Shown here: piece after piece, positions 49,125 to 58,494 of the stretch
How positions within the stretch are numbered: the stretch's first letter is position 1
Layout of the letters: each line of letters starts with the position of its first letter
Assembly (NCBI GenBank): GCA_947595215.1
Contig: CANQEO010000002.1
Coordinates: 3,253-67,252 of the forward strand
DNA from: an uncultured Bacilli bacterium
Lineage (GTDB): Bacteria > Bacillota_I > Bacilli_A > RFN20 > CAG-449
DNA length: 64,000 nt
Direction: 5' to 3'
Program-made: the position numbers and the translations under genes
Notes under the pieces: model-generated
Databases searched by the model: none
What the model saw: only the letters and a program-made list of their open reading frames with translations
What the model was told of the DNA's origin: nothing

Positions 49125-50284
49125 TAGTTTGCTACCTCCTCAATCAATGATAAAGCTTCTTGATAAGCCCATGTGTTCGTATAAATCAAATCCTCTAAGG
49201 TTGGATTATCGATAATTCGATGAGAGTTCATCACTTTTTCAATAATCTCTTCAATTTGATAAAATGGAAGCTTTCCTTCTCTAAAAGCGAGATTACAAGC
49301 TTCATTTGCCGCATTTAATACGCATGGTAATGTGCCTTTAACACGAAGCGCACGTCGAGCGAGTTCTAATCCCGGATAACGATTTACTTCAAGTTTTCTA
49401 AAATGAAGTGTCCCTAGTTGACTAAGATCAAGCGATTTTAATTCATTAAAATGATATTCGCTTCCATATAGAGCATACGCAATAGGAATTCTCATATCCG
49501 CAATTCCCAAATCTGCCTTTAATGAATGATCTTTGTATTCAATTAAGGAATGAATAACTGATTCATCATGTATTAACACATCTATCTTTTCTTCTGGGAT
49601 GTTAAATAAGTAATGAGCTTCAATAATTTCGAAACCTTTGTTTAACATTGTTGCTGAATCAATAGTGATTTTAGCACCCATTTCCCACGAAGGATGTTTT
49701 AAGGCCATTTCAACTGTTACATCCTTTAATTCCTCACGTTTTAAATCTCTAAAACTTCCTCCTGAAGCGGTAATAATTAAACGCAAAATATCTTCCTTTT
49801 GATGTCCGCGAAGGCACTTTTGTAATGCGACATGTTCAGAATCTATCGGATAAAGATGAAGATTCGGTTTTTCATTCAATAAACGATTGATTAGTTCACC
49901 GCCAACAACCAAGGATTCTTTATTAGCTAAGGCGACATCCTTATTATTTTCTAAAGCGGTAATGGTCGGTTCTAAACCAGCAAAACCCACTAAAGCGTTG
50001 ACTATTAAATCACCTTCAGATTCAATAATCATATTTATGATACCCTTTTTGCCGTGATAAAAAACTACATTAGGAAATTCTCTTTCTAATATTTGACGAT
50101 TCTCTTCACTTTCAATATAACATTTAGTGATATCTGAATGTTTTAAAAGTATATCGCGCATTTTAGGAAGATTGCTCTTACAAGCAACTGCGACTAATTT
50201 AAAATCTTGAGCATTTTCATCAATTATTGATATTGTTGAACTACCAATGCTTCCAGTAGCCCCTAATAATATTAACTTTCTCAT
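49124..50284 (-). CDS. dxr: 1-deoxy-D-xylulose-5-phosphate reductoisomerase
   Basis: LGATGSIGSST NADPH motif. Start set to the ATG at 50284 (MRKLILLG); the track start at 50296 is a TTG. Confidence 0.93.
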   Translation of the reverse strand: MRKLILLGATGSIGSSTISIIDENAQDFKLVAVACKSNLPKMRDILLKHSDITKCYIESEENRQILEREFPNVVFYHGKKGIINMIIESEGDLIVNALVGFAGLEPTITALENNKDVALANKESLVVGGELINRLLNEKPNLHLYPIDSEHVALQKCLRGHQKEDILRLIITASGGSFRDLKREELKDVTVEMALKHPSWEMGAKITIDSATMLNKGFEIIEAHYLFNIPEEKIDVLIHDESVIHSLIEYKDHSLKADLGIADMRIPIAYALYGSEYHFNELKSLDLSQLGTLHFRKLEVNRYPGLELARRALRVKGTLPCVLNAANEACNLAFREGKLPFYQIEEIIEKVMNSHRIIDNPTLEDLIYTNTWAYQEALSLIEEVAN

Positions 50285-50285
50285 A

Positions 50286-51236
50286 CTATGACACAAATGG
50301 AAAATTAATGATGGTGAGTAATACTAACGTCACTGCTAAACAAGTAACAAGAACTGAATCAAAGCGATCTAAAACTCCACCATGTCCTGGGAATAAATTT
50401 CCGAAATCTTTGATATTGAAATGGCGTTTAATAGCAGAAAACATAAAATCTCCAAGAACTGAAATAATAGCAACTACTATAGATACCAACAAAATCCAAT
50501 ACCAGTGCTCAAGATCTAAAACACCCTTTAATATCGGAGCGTCTAAAATATCACAAATCACAGCAAAACCAAAACTCATCAAAGTCGAGAAAATTACACC
50601 ACCGACAAATCCTTCCCAAGTTTTTTTAGGAGATATCCGCGGATTCATTTTGTGTTTTCCGAGTAAGATACCTGTCGCATAAGCACCTGCATCACAAAGC
50701 AAAGCCCCACCAACTACATATACAAATAAAAGACATGATAAATATTTACTTTGATATATATAACCAGTTAATGCAACAGGACAATATCTAATAAAATATA
50801 CCGATTGAACTCCAACACCTATTAATAACGACATTGTAGCAACATAACAAACTTCATTTATTCCAAAACTTTCATAAGATAATGATAAAAGGAAAAGACC
50901 TCCGATTAAAACTGCAAATCCAATAGTCGAAACTCTCATATCAGTCATATAAAACATATTGTCTTTAATCCAAGCCATTTCGCTGTTTTTTACAAACACC
51001 CAATATATGAAAGAGACGCACATTATAAGCGCAAAGATCTTTACGATAATATTAATTTTCGGATTTTGTGGAGCTTTTAAAAATTCATAAATGGCAATAA
51101 TAGCTACCAACATTACAACAATAAAGAAAAACCAATCACCAATAATTATCGTTGGAACCCCTACCGCTAAAAGTGCTATCGCAGTTATGACTCTTGTAGC
51201 AAAAGACTTTCTAGTATCTTCACTGATTTTATTCAT
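50286..51236 (-). CDS. cdsA: phosphatidate cytidylyltransferase
   Basis: 316 aa. Multi-TM. C-terminal signature SAIKRHFNIKDFGNLFPGHGGVLDRFDS. Confidence 0.93.
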   Translation of the reverse strand: MNKISEDTRKSFATRVITAIALLAVGVPTIIIGDWFFFIVVMLVAIIAIYEFLKAPQNPKINIIVKIFALIMCVSFIYWVFVKNSEMAWIKDNMFYMTDMRVSTIGFAVLIGGLFLLSLSYESFGINEVCYVATMSLLIGVGVQSVYFIRYCPVALTGYIYQSKYLSCLLFVYVVGGALLCDAGAYATGILLGKHKMNPRISPKKTWEGFVGGVIFSTLMSFGFAVICDILDAPILKGVLDLEHWYWILLVSIVVAIISVLGDFMFSAIKRHFNIKDFGNLFPGHGGVLDRFDSVLVTCLAVTLVLLTIINFPFVS

Positions 51237-51982
51237 CCTTTGATACCTCCATATCGACGATCACGTTTTGAAAATTCTTCTAATACAGAAATAAATTGTT
51301 CTTTTTTGAAATCTGGCCAAAGATCTTTTATAAAAACAAACTCTGCGTAAGCAGCTTCATAAAGCATAAAGTTTGAGATACGTTGTTCTCCTGATGTACG
51401 AACCAAGACATCAATTGGTGGTAAAAAATGAGATTCCATTGATTCTTCAAAGGTTTCTTTATTAATATCTGAAAGCGAGAGGACTCCCTTTTTCACTTTT
51501 GCCGCTAATTCGATGGCGGCACGAACAATCTCATCTTGTCCACCATAATTTAAGCAAACATTTAAAACTAATCCATCATTGTCTTTTGTGATTTCTTTAG
51601 CTCTAGCAATCGCTTTTTGAGTTGATTCAGGAAGACGTGTCAAATCGCCCAAAGTAACGATTTTTGCATGATGTTCATTTAATTCATCTATATCATGCTT
51701 AAAGAAATCTTCAAGTAGATTAAAAAGGTAGTCAATTTCTTTTTTGTCACGTTTCCAGTTTTCTGTTGAAAAACAAAATAATGACATTACTTTTATATTA
51801 TAGTCTTCACATAAAAATGCAGTTTCTTTAATTCTTTTGCAACCTTCGCGATGTCCTAAAGAACGTGGCAACATTCTTTTTTTAGCCCATCTACCATTAC
51901 CATCCATGATAAAAGCAATATGGTTAATAGGCTTGTAGCTAGTGATAATTTTTTCTTTATTTTTACGTTTGAAGAGCGACAT
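51233..51982 (-). CDS. uppS: undecaprenyl-diphosphate synthase (cis-isoprenyl transferase)
   Basis: 249 aa. IAFIMDGNGRWA, FSTENWKR, RTSGEQRISNF. Confidence 0.95.
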   Translation of the reverse strand: MSLFKRKNKEKIITSYKPINHIAFIMDGNGRWAKKRMLPRSLGHREGCKRIKETAFLCEDYNIKVMSLFCFSTENWKRDKKEIDYLFNLLEDFFKHDIDELNEHHAKIVTLGDLTRLPESTQKAIARAKEITKDNDGLVLNVCLNYGGQDEIVRAAIELAAKVKKGVLSLSDINKETFEESMESHFLPPIDVLVRTSGEQRISNFMLYEAAYAEFVFIKDLWPDFKKEQFISVLEEFSKRDRRYGGIKG

Positions 51983-52263
51983 TTTCGAGGCCTCCTCTTT
52001 TCAATAATTATACATGATGTAAATCAAATATAAAAATATATTTTTATATTTTTGTTTAGAATATATAAAAATATACCTCATTATGCTCGTTAAGATTTAT
52101 AAATATGGTATTTAATTGTATTATTTTAAATGACAAAGAAACATTTTTAATCTATATCTATAAATTGTTTTAAGTTAAATCATTCATAAAAGAAGTCAAA
52201 TATAATCACAATTACCTATAAATATTAAGTAATTAATGTTATAATGGATTTAGGTGATAAAAA

Positions 52264-52806
52264 ATGCAAAAACCCAAATTAAAATTTTTAAAAAATAAAA
52301 CCATTCACATAGGTTATATCGGTTTTAATTCTTGCGATGAAATGAAAAATAATTTGCTAATACATCCATTATTTGAAAATCAAAAATTTAAGGTTTTTGA
52401 AGAACAAGAATTAACGGGATTATTACACAAATTAAAAGATGATCAATATGATTACATCATAATCCCCTCAAAAAATAAAAGAAATGAAATAAATGATATG
52501 TTCTTATCTCTGATATCAAGATTAGATATTGAGCAAATTAACGAAATAGGAATGTTAATATGCGATATAAATTACTATGATAGCGCTTCGACTTATGATG
52601 AAACTTCTACCATTAAAGAAAAACCTATCGATAGTTTTAAAGGCAAAAAGCGAATTAGAACTTATCACATTTCTAAAGACGCAAGCGAAAATAAGCAAAT
52701 TGAATCAATAGAGTATCGTATATTTAAAAGAAACGAATACAAAACAAACATCTTCACTCGCTTCGGAATTTGGTTATTAAAAAGAATGGTATTAAGAGGT
52801 TTTTAG
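52264..52806 (+). CDS. compact prephenate-dehydratase-like (PBP-fold) domain protein, probably truncated by a frameshift
   Basis: 180 aa. AGGTGA SD and a TGtTATAAT-like box upstream. IGYIGFNSCDEM, DYIIIPSKNKRNEI and NIFTRF align by eye with the PDT motifs GPxGTFS, DygvvPiENS and NxTRF. Adding one A to the A5 run at 52779-52783 fuses it in frame to the next ORF. Confidence 0.45.
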   Translation: MQKPKLKFLKNKTIHIGYIGFNSCDEMKNNLLIHPLFENQKFKVFEEQELTGLLHKLKDDQYDYIIIPSKNKRNEINDMFLSLISRLDIEQINEIGMLICDINYYDSASTYDETSTIKEKPIDSFKGKKRIRTYHISKDASENKQIESIEYRIFKRNEYKTNIFTRFGIWLLKRMVLRGF

Positions 52807-53039
52807 AAATAGCGTCAACATTGCTTGTTGTTGTATTATTTGGATTTTTAATTTTCCGTTTAGTACCTCAATTTGAAGAAATAATAGGCGATCTTAGTAC
52901 TTGGGTTGAATTAGTTGCTACCTCACTAATTATTCTCTTTCAAATCATATTAAAAATTGCAAACACCGAAGAAGTCATCAAAAGAAAATTACTTGTCGGT
53001 TATTGGATTTATTATTCTTTAGAGGAAGTGGATGGCTAA
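52770..53039 (+). CDS. two-TM segment ORF (likely a continuation of 52264-52806)
   Basis: 89 aa. TTG start with no SD and no internal Met. Helices FLEIASTLLVVVLFGFLIF and WVELVATSLIILFQIIL. Confidence 0.35.
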   Translation: MVIKKNGIKRFLEIASTLLVVVLFGFLIFRLVPQFEEIIGDLSTWVELVATSLIILFQIILKIANTEEVIKRKLLVGYWIYYSLEEVDG

Positions 53040-53457
53040 AGGCCATTTTGTTCCAAAAGGTTTTCACACTCGTCTAGTTGAAATCAGTAATCGTGGTGGT
53101 AATCTCTCATTTAAATGTAAATTTGCAGGAGAGGATCAAATCTTCTTTGCAACGGATACCTTAACTTTTGATTATGAACTTTCTTCACAGATTGGAAGAG
53201 GTTTTTATTATTATACTTCCAATATTCTTAATAACGATGTTCGTAGAGCCGAAGGAACTTGCCGTTTCGAAGGTGAAACAGTTAAAAGTAATCAAATTAT
53301 GACAATGAATGGTTGGTTCTTCAGTCGTGGTACTGCGCTAAAAGGAAGAGTTAGATATTTTAGAATAAGTAAAAAAGATTATTATCAATTACAACATTCT
53401 TTAACTTTCTATCGCTTAGGCAATCAAAAGGATACTAGTTGGTGTTTATGGATGTGA
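53032..53457 (+). CDS. beta-strand-rich soluble domain protein, unknown family
   Basis: 141 aa. ATG overlaps the upstream stop (ATGGCTAA). GAGGAAG SD. Short alternating segments LSFKCKF, LTFDYEL, GFYYYTS, GTCRFEG, GRVRYFRI. Confidence 0.45.
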   Translation: MAKGHFVPKGFHTRLVEISNRGGNLSFKCKFAGEDQIFFATDTLTFDYELSSQIGRGFYYYTSNILNNDVRRAEGTCRFEGETVKSNQIMTMNGWFFSRGTALKGRVRYFRISKKDYYQLQHSLTFYRLGNQKDTSWCLWM

Positions 53458-54009
53458 AGCTTCAAATACTGATGTAGCCGCAAAAAATGAAGAAATGCGC
53501 AAAAAAATATCAAAGGATGTATCTAAAGAAAATATTCACTTTAACATTGATTATGCATATTTTACGATATTGAAAGTTTAAAAAAAGCCTTATTAAATCA
53601 TTTAATTGATTATATTATTCCTAGTTCTAATCGAGGGAAAACAATAGCAAAATATGATATTTTTAGAACTGGAGAATTTGAAGTAATTTACTCTAAAGGT
53701 ATGGAAATACATTATTGTTTAGGGACTACCAATGCAAATTTAATAATTAATGATGAAACAAAATTCTATGGTCATATTCAATCATATGAACAATGTCGCA
53801 CTTTCATAGGAGAACACGAATTCATTGAAGAATCATCTTCTTCACGTGCAGCGATTAATATGTCTAAAGGTTTTTACAGCAACAATTCTGTCATTATTTG
53901 CAATAAAGTTGCTATTGATAGATATCATTTAGTATGTTTAAAAGATAGCGAAGGAAAATTAATAAATCCATATTTAGATCAAGAAAAAACATTACAATTT
54001 TTAATATAA
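53420..54009 (+). pseudogene. second PDT-like domain gene, lacking a start codon and frameshifted at a T4 run
   Basis: Frame 2 (53420-53578) gives ..ILVGVYGCEASNTDVAAKNEE..NIDYAYF. Frame 1 (53551-54009, which includes track ORF 53701-54009) gives ..YDIESLKKALLNHLIDYIIPSSNRGKTI..KFYGHIQSYEQCRTFIGEH..SSSSRAAINM... The join lies at the T-run 53560-53563. Colinear by eye with B. subtilis PheA residues 1-190. No ACT domain; TRF replaced by LQF. Confidence 0.5.
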
Positions 54010-54042
54010 TTAGATTAAAAAGAGATTACTCTTTATAAAAAT

Positions 54043-54075
54043 AAAATGCTCTAGCCACAAAGCAGAGCATTTTTA
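54043..54075. terminator. bidirectional terminator between the insert and frr
   Basis: A-run, ATGCTCT-n11-AGAGCAT, T-run. Sits between convergent genes. Confidence 0.65.
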
Positions 54076-54076
54076 A

Positions 54077-54628
54077 TTAAATCGTCATAATATCTTTTTC
54101 TTTTTCAGCGTATTCAGAATCAATCTTTTTGACAAATTCATCAGTGATTTTTTGAACTTCATCTTCCAAAGATTTTCTTAAATCTTCCGGGAGTTCTTTA
54201 TCTTTTTTCAATTCATCATTTTGATCTCTTCTTATATTGCGTATAGCAACTTTAGCATCTTCCGCATATCTTTTTGCAGTCTTAGCTAAATCGCGACGTC
54301 TATCTTCAGTAAGTGCTGGAATAACAAGACGAATAGTGTTTCCATCATTAATAGGATTAATTCCTAAATCAGAACCATTGATAGCTCCAATAATCAATTT
54401 TAATGTTTCTTTGTCATATGGTTTTATCAAAAGTTGACGTGGTTCTGGAACAGAAATTGAAGCTAATTGATTAATTGGTGTCATCGAGCCATAGTAATCA
54501 ATTTCAATGCGATCTAATAGCGACGGAGAAACCCGACCTGTACGCAAAGTATTGAAGTTGTTTTTTAGAGATTCAATGCTTTTTTGCATCTTTTCTCTAG
54601 TTTCATCAATAATAATTTCTTCTATCAT
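54077..54628 (-). CDS. frr: ribosome recycling factor
   Basis: 183 aa. Full-length RRF-like sequence (..LRTGRVSPSLLD..IRNIRRD..). Confidence 0.97.
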   Translation of the reverse strand: MIEEIIIDETREKMQKSIESLKNNFNTLRTGRVSPSLLDRIEIDYYGSMTPINQLASISVPEPRQLLIKPYDKETLKLIIGAINGSDLGINPINDGNTIRLVIPALTEDRRRDLAKTAKRYAEDAKVAIRNIRRDQNDELKKDKELPEDLRKSLEDEVQKITDEFVKKIDSEYAEKEKDIMTI

Positions 54629-54629
54629 G

Positions 54630-55358
54630 TTAAATCTCCTTTTTAATTGTTGTTCCTACATCTTCACCATCGAGAATCTTTTCAAAATTTGAAAGTTCTT
54701 GCATATTGAATACTCTAAGTTCAATATCAGTATTCATACAAAGAGATAAAGCGGTGTTATCCATTACAGATAAATCCATAGCGAGCATATCTTTGTAACT
54801 AAGTTTTGCTAAGAACTTAGCGTTTTGATTTTTCTTAGGATCAGCGGTATAAACGCCTTCAACCCCATTTTTAGCCATCATAATCGCATTGCATTCTAAT
54901 TCATTTGCTCTTAATGCCGCAGTAGTATCTGTCGTAAAGTAAGGATTACCAGTACCTCCACCGAAGATAACCACTCTCTTTTTTTCTAAATGGCGCATTG
55001 CTCTTCTTTTAATATATGGTTCGGCGACTGCTTTTATTTCAAATGCAGTCATTACACGTGATTGTACGCCGATATTTTCAAGTGATGATTGTAGTGCTAA
55101 GGCATTGATGATAGTTCCAAGCATTCCCATATAGTCCGCTGTGGTTCTTTCAACTCCGATTGAATCTGCAAGTTTTCCACGCCAAATATTTCCAGCTCCG
55201 ACAACTACGCAAACATCAACTCCTCGATCAACCATCAGTTTAATCGCACTAGAAACTTCCTTAAGGCGAGCAGCCTCTAAAATACCATTATTAGCACGAT
55301 CAGCAAGAGCTTCCCCACTTAGTTTGACTAATACACGATTGTACTTGTTCTTCATCAT
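54630..55358 (-). CDS. pyrH: UMP kinase
   Basis: 242 aa. VLVKLSGEAL, VVGAGNIWRG. Confidence 0.97.
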   Translation of the reverse strand: MMKNKYNRVLVKLSGEALADRANNGILEAARLKEVSSAIKLMVDRGVDVCVVVGAGNIWRGKLADSIGVERTTADYMGMLGTIINALALQSSLENIGVQSRVMTAFEIKAVAEPYIKRRAMRHLEKKRVVIFGGGTGNPYFTTDTTAALRANELECNAIMMAKNGVEGVYTADPKKNQNAKFLAKLSYKDMLAMDLSVMDNTALSLCMNTDIELRVFNMQELSNFEKILDGEDVGTTIKKEI

Positions 55359-55401
55359 TTTCTCCTTTTGCTGAAAAGCACTCTATAAAGAGTGCCTTCA
55401 A

Positions 55402-56274
55402 TTAATTATTCATTTGTTTTGCAACTTCTTCAGCGAAGTTTTCTTCTCTCTTAGCAATACCTTCTCCAACTGCATAGCGAATGAATTTTTCAACCTTTAT
55501 GCCATTTGATTTTAAGAAGTTTTCAACTTTAGTACCTGCTTCAAGTAGATAATCTTGCTCAACTAAAACTGATTCGGCAAAGTATTTGTTAACTTTACCT
55601 TGAATAATCTTAGCGACAACTTCTTGTGGCTTACCTTCGAGTTTTGGATCTGTCTTACTGGCTTCGAGTTGAATTTTAGTTTCATTGTCAATAGCTTCTT
55701 GTGGAATATCATCTTTGGTAATGAAATTTGGGTTATTAGCAGCAATGTGCATTGCTAAACCGCGAGCCATTTCATCATCTCCGCCGTTAACTAATGTTAA
55801 AACAGAGATTTTTCCACCCATGTGAATGTAAGCACCAAAATGTTGATTGGAAGTTTTCGAAACGATTTCGAATCTTCTAAAATCAAGTTTTTCACCAATT
55901 TTAACAGTAGCATTAGTAAATAATTCTGCTGTTAAATCTTTGGCGCAATTAATGCAACCTGGTCTTTTTTCTAAAACTACAGCTGCAACGTTATCAACTA
56001 ATGCTTTAAAATCATCACTTTTAGCTACGAAATCAGTTTCACTATTGATTTCAAGGATGACAGCTTCATTACCTTTAACAACGACACTTGTTAAACCTTC
56101 AGCCGCAACGCGTGAAGCTTTTTTAGCGGCCTTAGCGATACCTTTTTCGCGAAGCCATTCACAAGCTTTTTCAACATCGCAATCAGTTTCTAATAAAGCC
56201 TTTTTGCAATCCATCATACCGGCACCGGTACGATCGCGCAAAACTTTAATTAATTCAATAATATTGCTAGCCAT
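55402..56274 (-). CDS. tsf: elongation factor Ts
   Basis: 290 aa. LRDRTGAGMMDCKKAL UBA-like N-terminus. Confidence 0.97.
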   Translation of the reverse strand: MASNIIELIKVLRDRTGAGMMDCKKALLETDCDVEKACEWLREKGIAKAAKKASRVAAEGLTSVVVKGNEAVILEINSETDFVAKSDDFKALVDNVAAVVLEKRPGCINCAKDLTAELFTNATVKIGEKLDFRRFEIVSKTSNQHFGAYIHMGGKISVLTLVNGGDDEMARGLAMHIAANNPNFITKDDIPQEAIDNETKIQLEASKTDPKLEGKPQEVVAKIIQGKVNKYFAESVLVEQDYLLEAGTKVENFLKSNGIKVEKFIRYAVGEGIAKREENFAEEVAKQMNN

Positions 56275-56277
56275 TTT

Positions 56278-57381
56278 TTATTCCTCATCAACTTTTTCAG
56301 CTTTTGGAGCTTCTTCTACTTTAGCTTTTGGAGCTCTTTTAGCCTTTGGTGCTTTTTCTTCTTTGACTTTTTCTTCGACTGGTTTTTCTTCAGCCTTTAC
56401 TTCTTCAACTTTCTCTTCAGCAACTGGTTTAACAGCTTTTTCGACTGGCTTACGGAAGGTTTTACGTGGATTCTTTTTCTTTCCTTGTTGAGCATCTTCT
56501 CTAGCTTTTTGACGAATTTGTTTCATTTCTTCAGCGTGATCAGCTTGTTCTAAAGCTTCAACCATAGAAACTTCATCTTCCGGATTGACATTGTAAGCAG
56601 TCATGGTTTGTCCACCCTTAGCTTCAACAACTGCATCAGCCATTAAACCGACAATTAATCTAACTGCGCGAACAGCATCATCATTTGATGGAATGACATA
56701 GTCAACCATATCCGGATCACAGTTAGTATCGACGATACCAAACACTGGAATTCTTAATTTACGAGCTTCGCTAACAGCGTTATGTTCAATACGTGGATCG
56801 ACAACGAATAAAGCATTTGGAACTTTTCTCATCGATTTGATACCATCGAGATTCTTTAACAATTTATCTTTTTCTTTTCTTAATAATGCAGCTTCTTTCT
56901 TTGAAAGTACATCGTAAGAGCCATCTTCTTCCATAGCTTCTAACTTATTAAGATATTTAATTCTTTTTTGAATGGTTTTGAAGTTAGTTAAAGTACCGCC
57001 TAACCATCTGGTAACAACGTAGAAAGAACCAGAACGTAAAGCTTCTTCTTGGACGATTTCTTGACATTGTTTTTTGGTACCGACAAATAAAACTTTACCG
57101 CCTTCAAGAACTATTTTCTTTAAAGCAATATAAGCTTCTTGAATTTTTTGAGCACTCTTTACTAAATCGATAATATGAATGCCGTTTTTATTTCCGTAGA
57201 TATATTTTCCCATTTTCGGATTCCATCTACGAGTTTGGTGTCCGAAATGCACGCCTGCTTCAAGCAAGGCTTTGGTGGAAACGATAGCGTCATCTTCACT
57301 GTGGACGACAGTTTCCATGATGTTGTCGGCTTCAACGTTTTCAATGTTTTCTTCGACTAAAACTTTTTCTTCTTGACTCAT
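56278..57381 (-). CDS. rpsB: 30S ribosomal protein S2 with acidic N-terminal and Lys/Glu/Ala/Pro-rich C-terminal extensions
   Basis: [19 protein letters not shown] core. AAAGGAGG 8 nt before the ATG at 57381 (MSQEEKV). The upstream part of the 417-aa track ORF has no start signal. Confidence 0.93.
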   Translation of the reverse strand: MSQEEKVLVEENIENVEADNIMETVVHSEDDAIVSTKALLEAGVHFGHQTRRWNPKMGKYIYGNKNGIHIIDLVKSAQKIQEAYIALKKIVLEGGKVLFVGTKKQCQEIVQEEALRSGSFYVVTRWLGGTLTNFKTIQKRIKYLNKLEAMEEDGSYDVLSKKEAALLRKEKDKLLKNLDGIKSMRKVPNALFVVDPRIEHNAVSEARKLRIPVFGIVDTNCDPDMVDYVIPSNDDAVRAVRLIVGLMADAVVEAKGGQTMTAYNVNPEDEVSMVEALEQADHAEEMKQIRQKAREDAQQGKKKNPRKTFRKPVEKAVKPVAEEKVEEVKAEEKPVEEKVKEEKAPKAKRAPKAKVEEAPKAEKVDEE

Positions 57382-57558
57382 TTTTAAGTCCTCCTTTTGT
57401 TTTTTGCCTCTTTCACTTCTAACAACTACCCCAAGAATTTTTATTCTCAGACTCGGCGGTTGAATCCATGAAATGCGATGTCTCTCTTTCAAGAGCCAAT
57501 TAATTCTATCATAAAGGACTATGCTTAACAATATTTTTTTGTGCTTAAAGCACTATTT

Positions 57559-58494
57559 TTAATCAGTATTTTGTTTTTTGGCGCGCGGAAAACTGGCTTC
57601 ATAAGTTTTTTTCATCCGCTCCATTGAAACGTGAGTATATATTTGTGTTGTCGCTAAAGAAGCGTGACCTAACATTTCTTGAATACTTCTTAAATCAGCG
57701 CCATTATCGAGAAGATATGTGGCAAAACTATGGCGGAATTTGTGAGGATGTAATTTAAGATAAACTCCCGTCTTGTTTTCAATTGAATGTAAAATATATT
57801 GAACTCCTCGCGTTGTTAATTTTTCGCCGCGATCATTTAAAAAAATATAATTGCTATCATCCGAGTTAGGATTTTTAACAAGTAAATCTTTACGTACTCC
57901 ATCCATGTAATTTCTAAGAGCTTTTAATGCTGGCATCGAAAAAGGAACAATACGCTCTTTATCCCTTTTTCCGATTACTTGCATCACGCGTTTTCTAAAA
58001 TCAACCATCTGTAAGGTTAATGAAACTAATTCGCTGACACGAAGACCTGACGCAAATAATAGTTCTATAATAGCTTGATCGCGATCCCGAAGATAATCAT
58101 CGCGGTTCATATTAGCTGCGAAAAGCTGTTCCACTTCTCTTACATACATAAAATCAGGCAAATTGCTATCACTTTTAGGAACAATAATATTTAAGAACGG
58201 ATTTTCGTCGACATATTCATTTTTCAAGAGCCAATTATAAAAGTTTTTTAATGAAGAAATTCGACGTTGCAGACTTCTTTTAGAAACACCGCGTTCCATT
58301 TCTTTTCGCATATAGTTACGAATTAACGTGACGTCAATTTGTTTTAAAATGTAATTTTCTTGATTTGCATACACTAAAAAACTTTCTACATCAGCGGCAT
58401 AGTTTTCACTTGTTAATCTCGAATAACGACGTTCAAAGTCTAAGTATTCTTTATACTCTTCAATGATGTCGATTTGATTGTTATCGTGCTTCAT
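57559..58494 (-). CDS. xerC: tyrosine recombinase XerC/CodV
   Basis: 311 aa. R..HxxR..Y catalytic set (LHPHKFRHSFATYLL..LGHASLATTQIYTHV). Confidence 0.9.
   Translation of the reverse strand: MKHDNNQIDIIEEYKEYLDFERRYSRLTSENYAADVESFLVYANQENYILKQIDVTLIRNYMRKEMERGVSKRSLQRRISSLKNFYNWLLKNEYVDENPFLNIIVPKSDSNLPDFMYVREVEQLFAANMNRDDYLRDRDQAIIELLFASGLRVSELVSLTLQMVDFRKRVMQVIGKRDKERIVPFSMPALKALRNYMDGVRKDLLVKNPNSDDSNYIFLNDRGEKLTTRGVQYILHSIENKTGVYLKLHPHKFRHSFATYLLDNGADLRSIQEMLGHASLATTQIYTHVSMERMKKTYEASFPRAKKQNTD

Noticed and set aside
50308-50682. 124-aa plus-strand ORF inside cdsA
   Set aside because: Antisense to the conserved cdsA gene, with no start signals.
55847-56491. 214-aa plus-strand ORF spanning the tsf/rpsB junction
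   Set aside because: It mirrors the Lys/Glu-rich coding of tsf and the rpsB tail (product is an S/A/L/F/T-rich repeat), crosses an intergenic boundary on the opposite strand, and has no RBS. It is a shadow ORF.
57382-57531. 5' extension of the rpsB ORF to 417 aa
   Set aside because: The upstream 50 codons ([14 protein letters not shown]..) have no SD and overlap the promoter/leader region. A strong AAAGGAGG precedes the internal ATG at 57381.
57532-57558. Palindrome GTGCTT-AAGCAC after the xerC stop as a terminator
   Set aside because: On the transcribed (minus) strand it is followed by an A-run, not a U-run. It may still pause or stabilise transcripts but is not a canonical intrinsic terminator.
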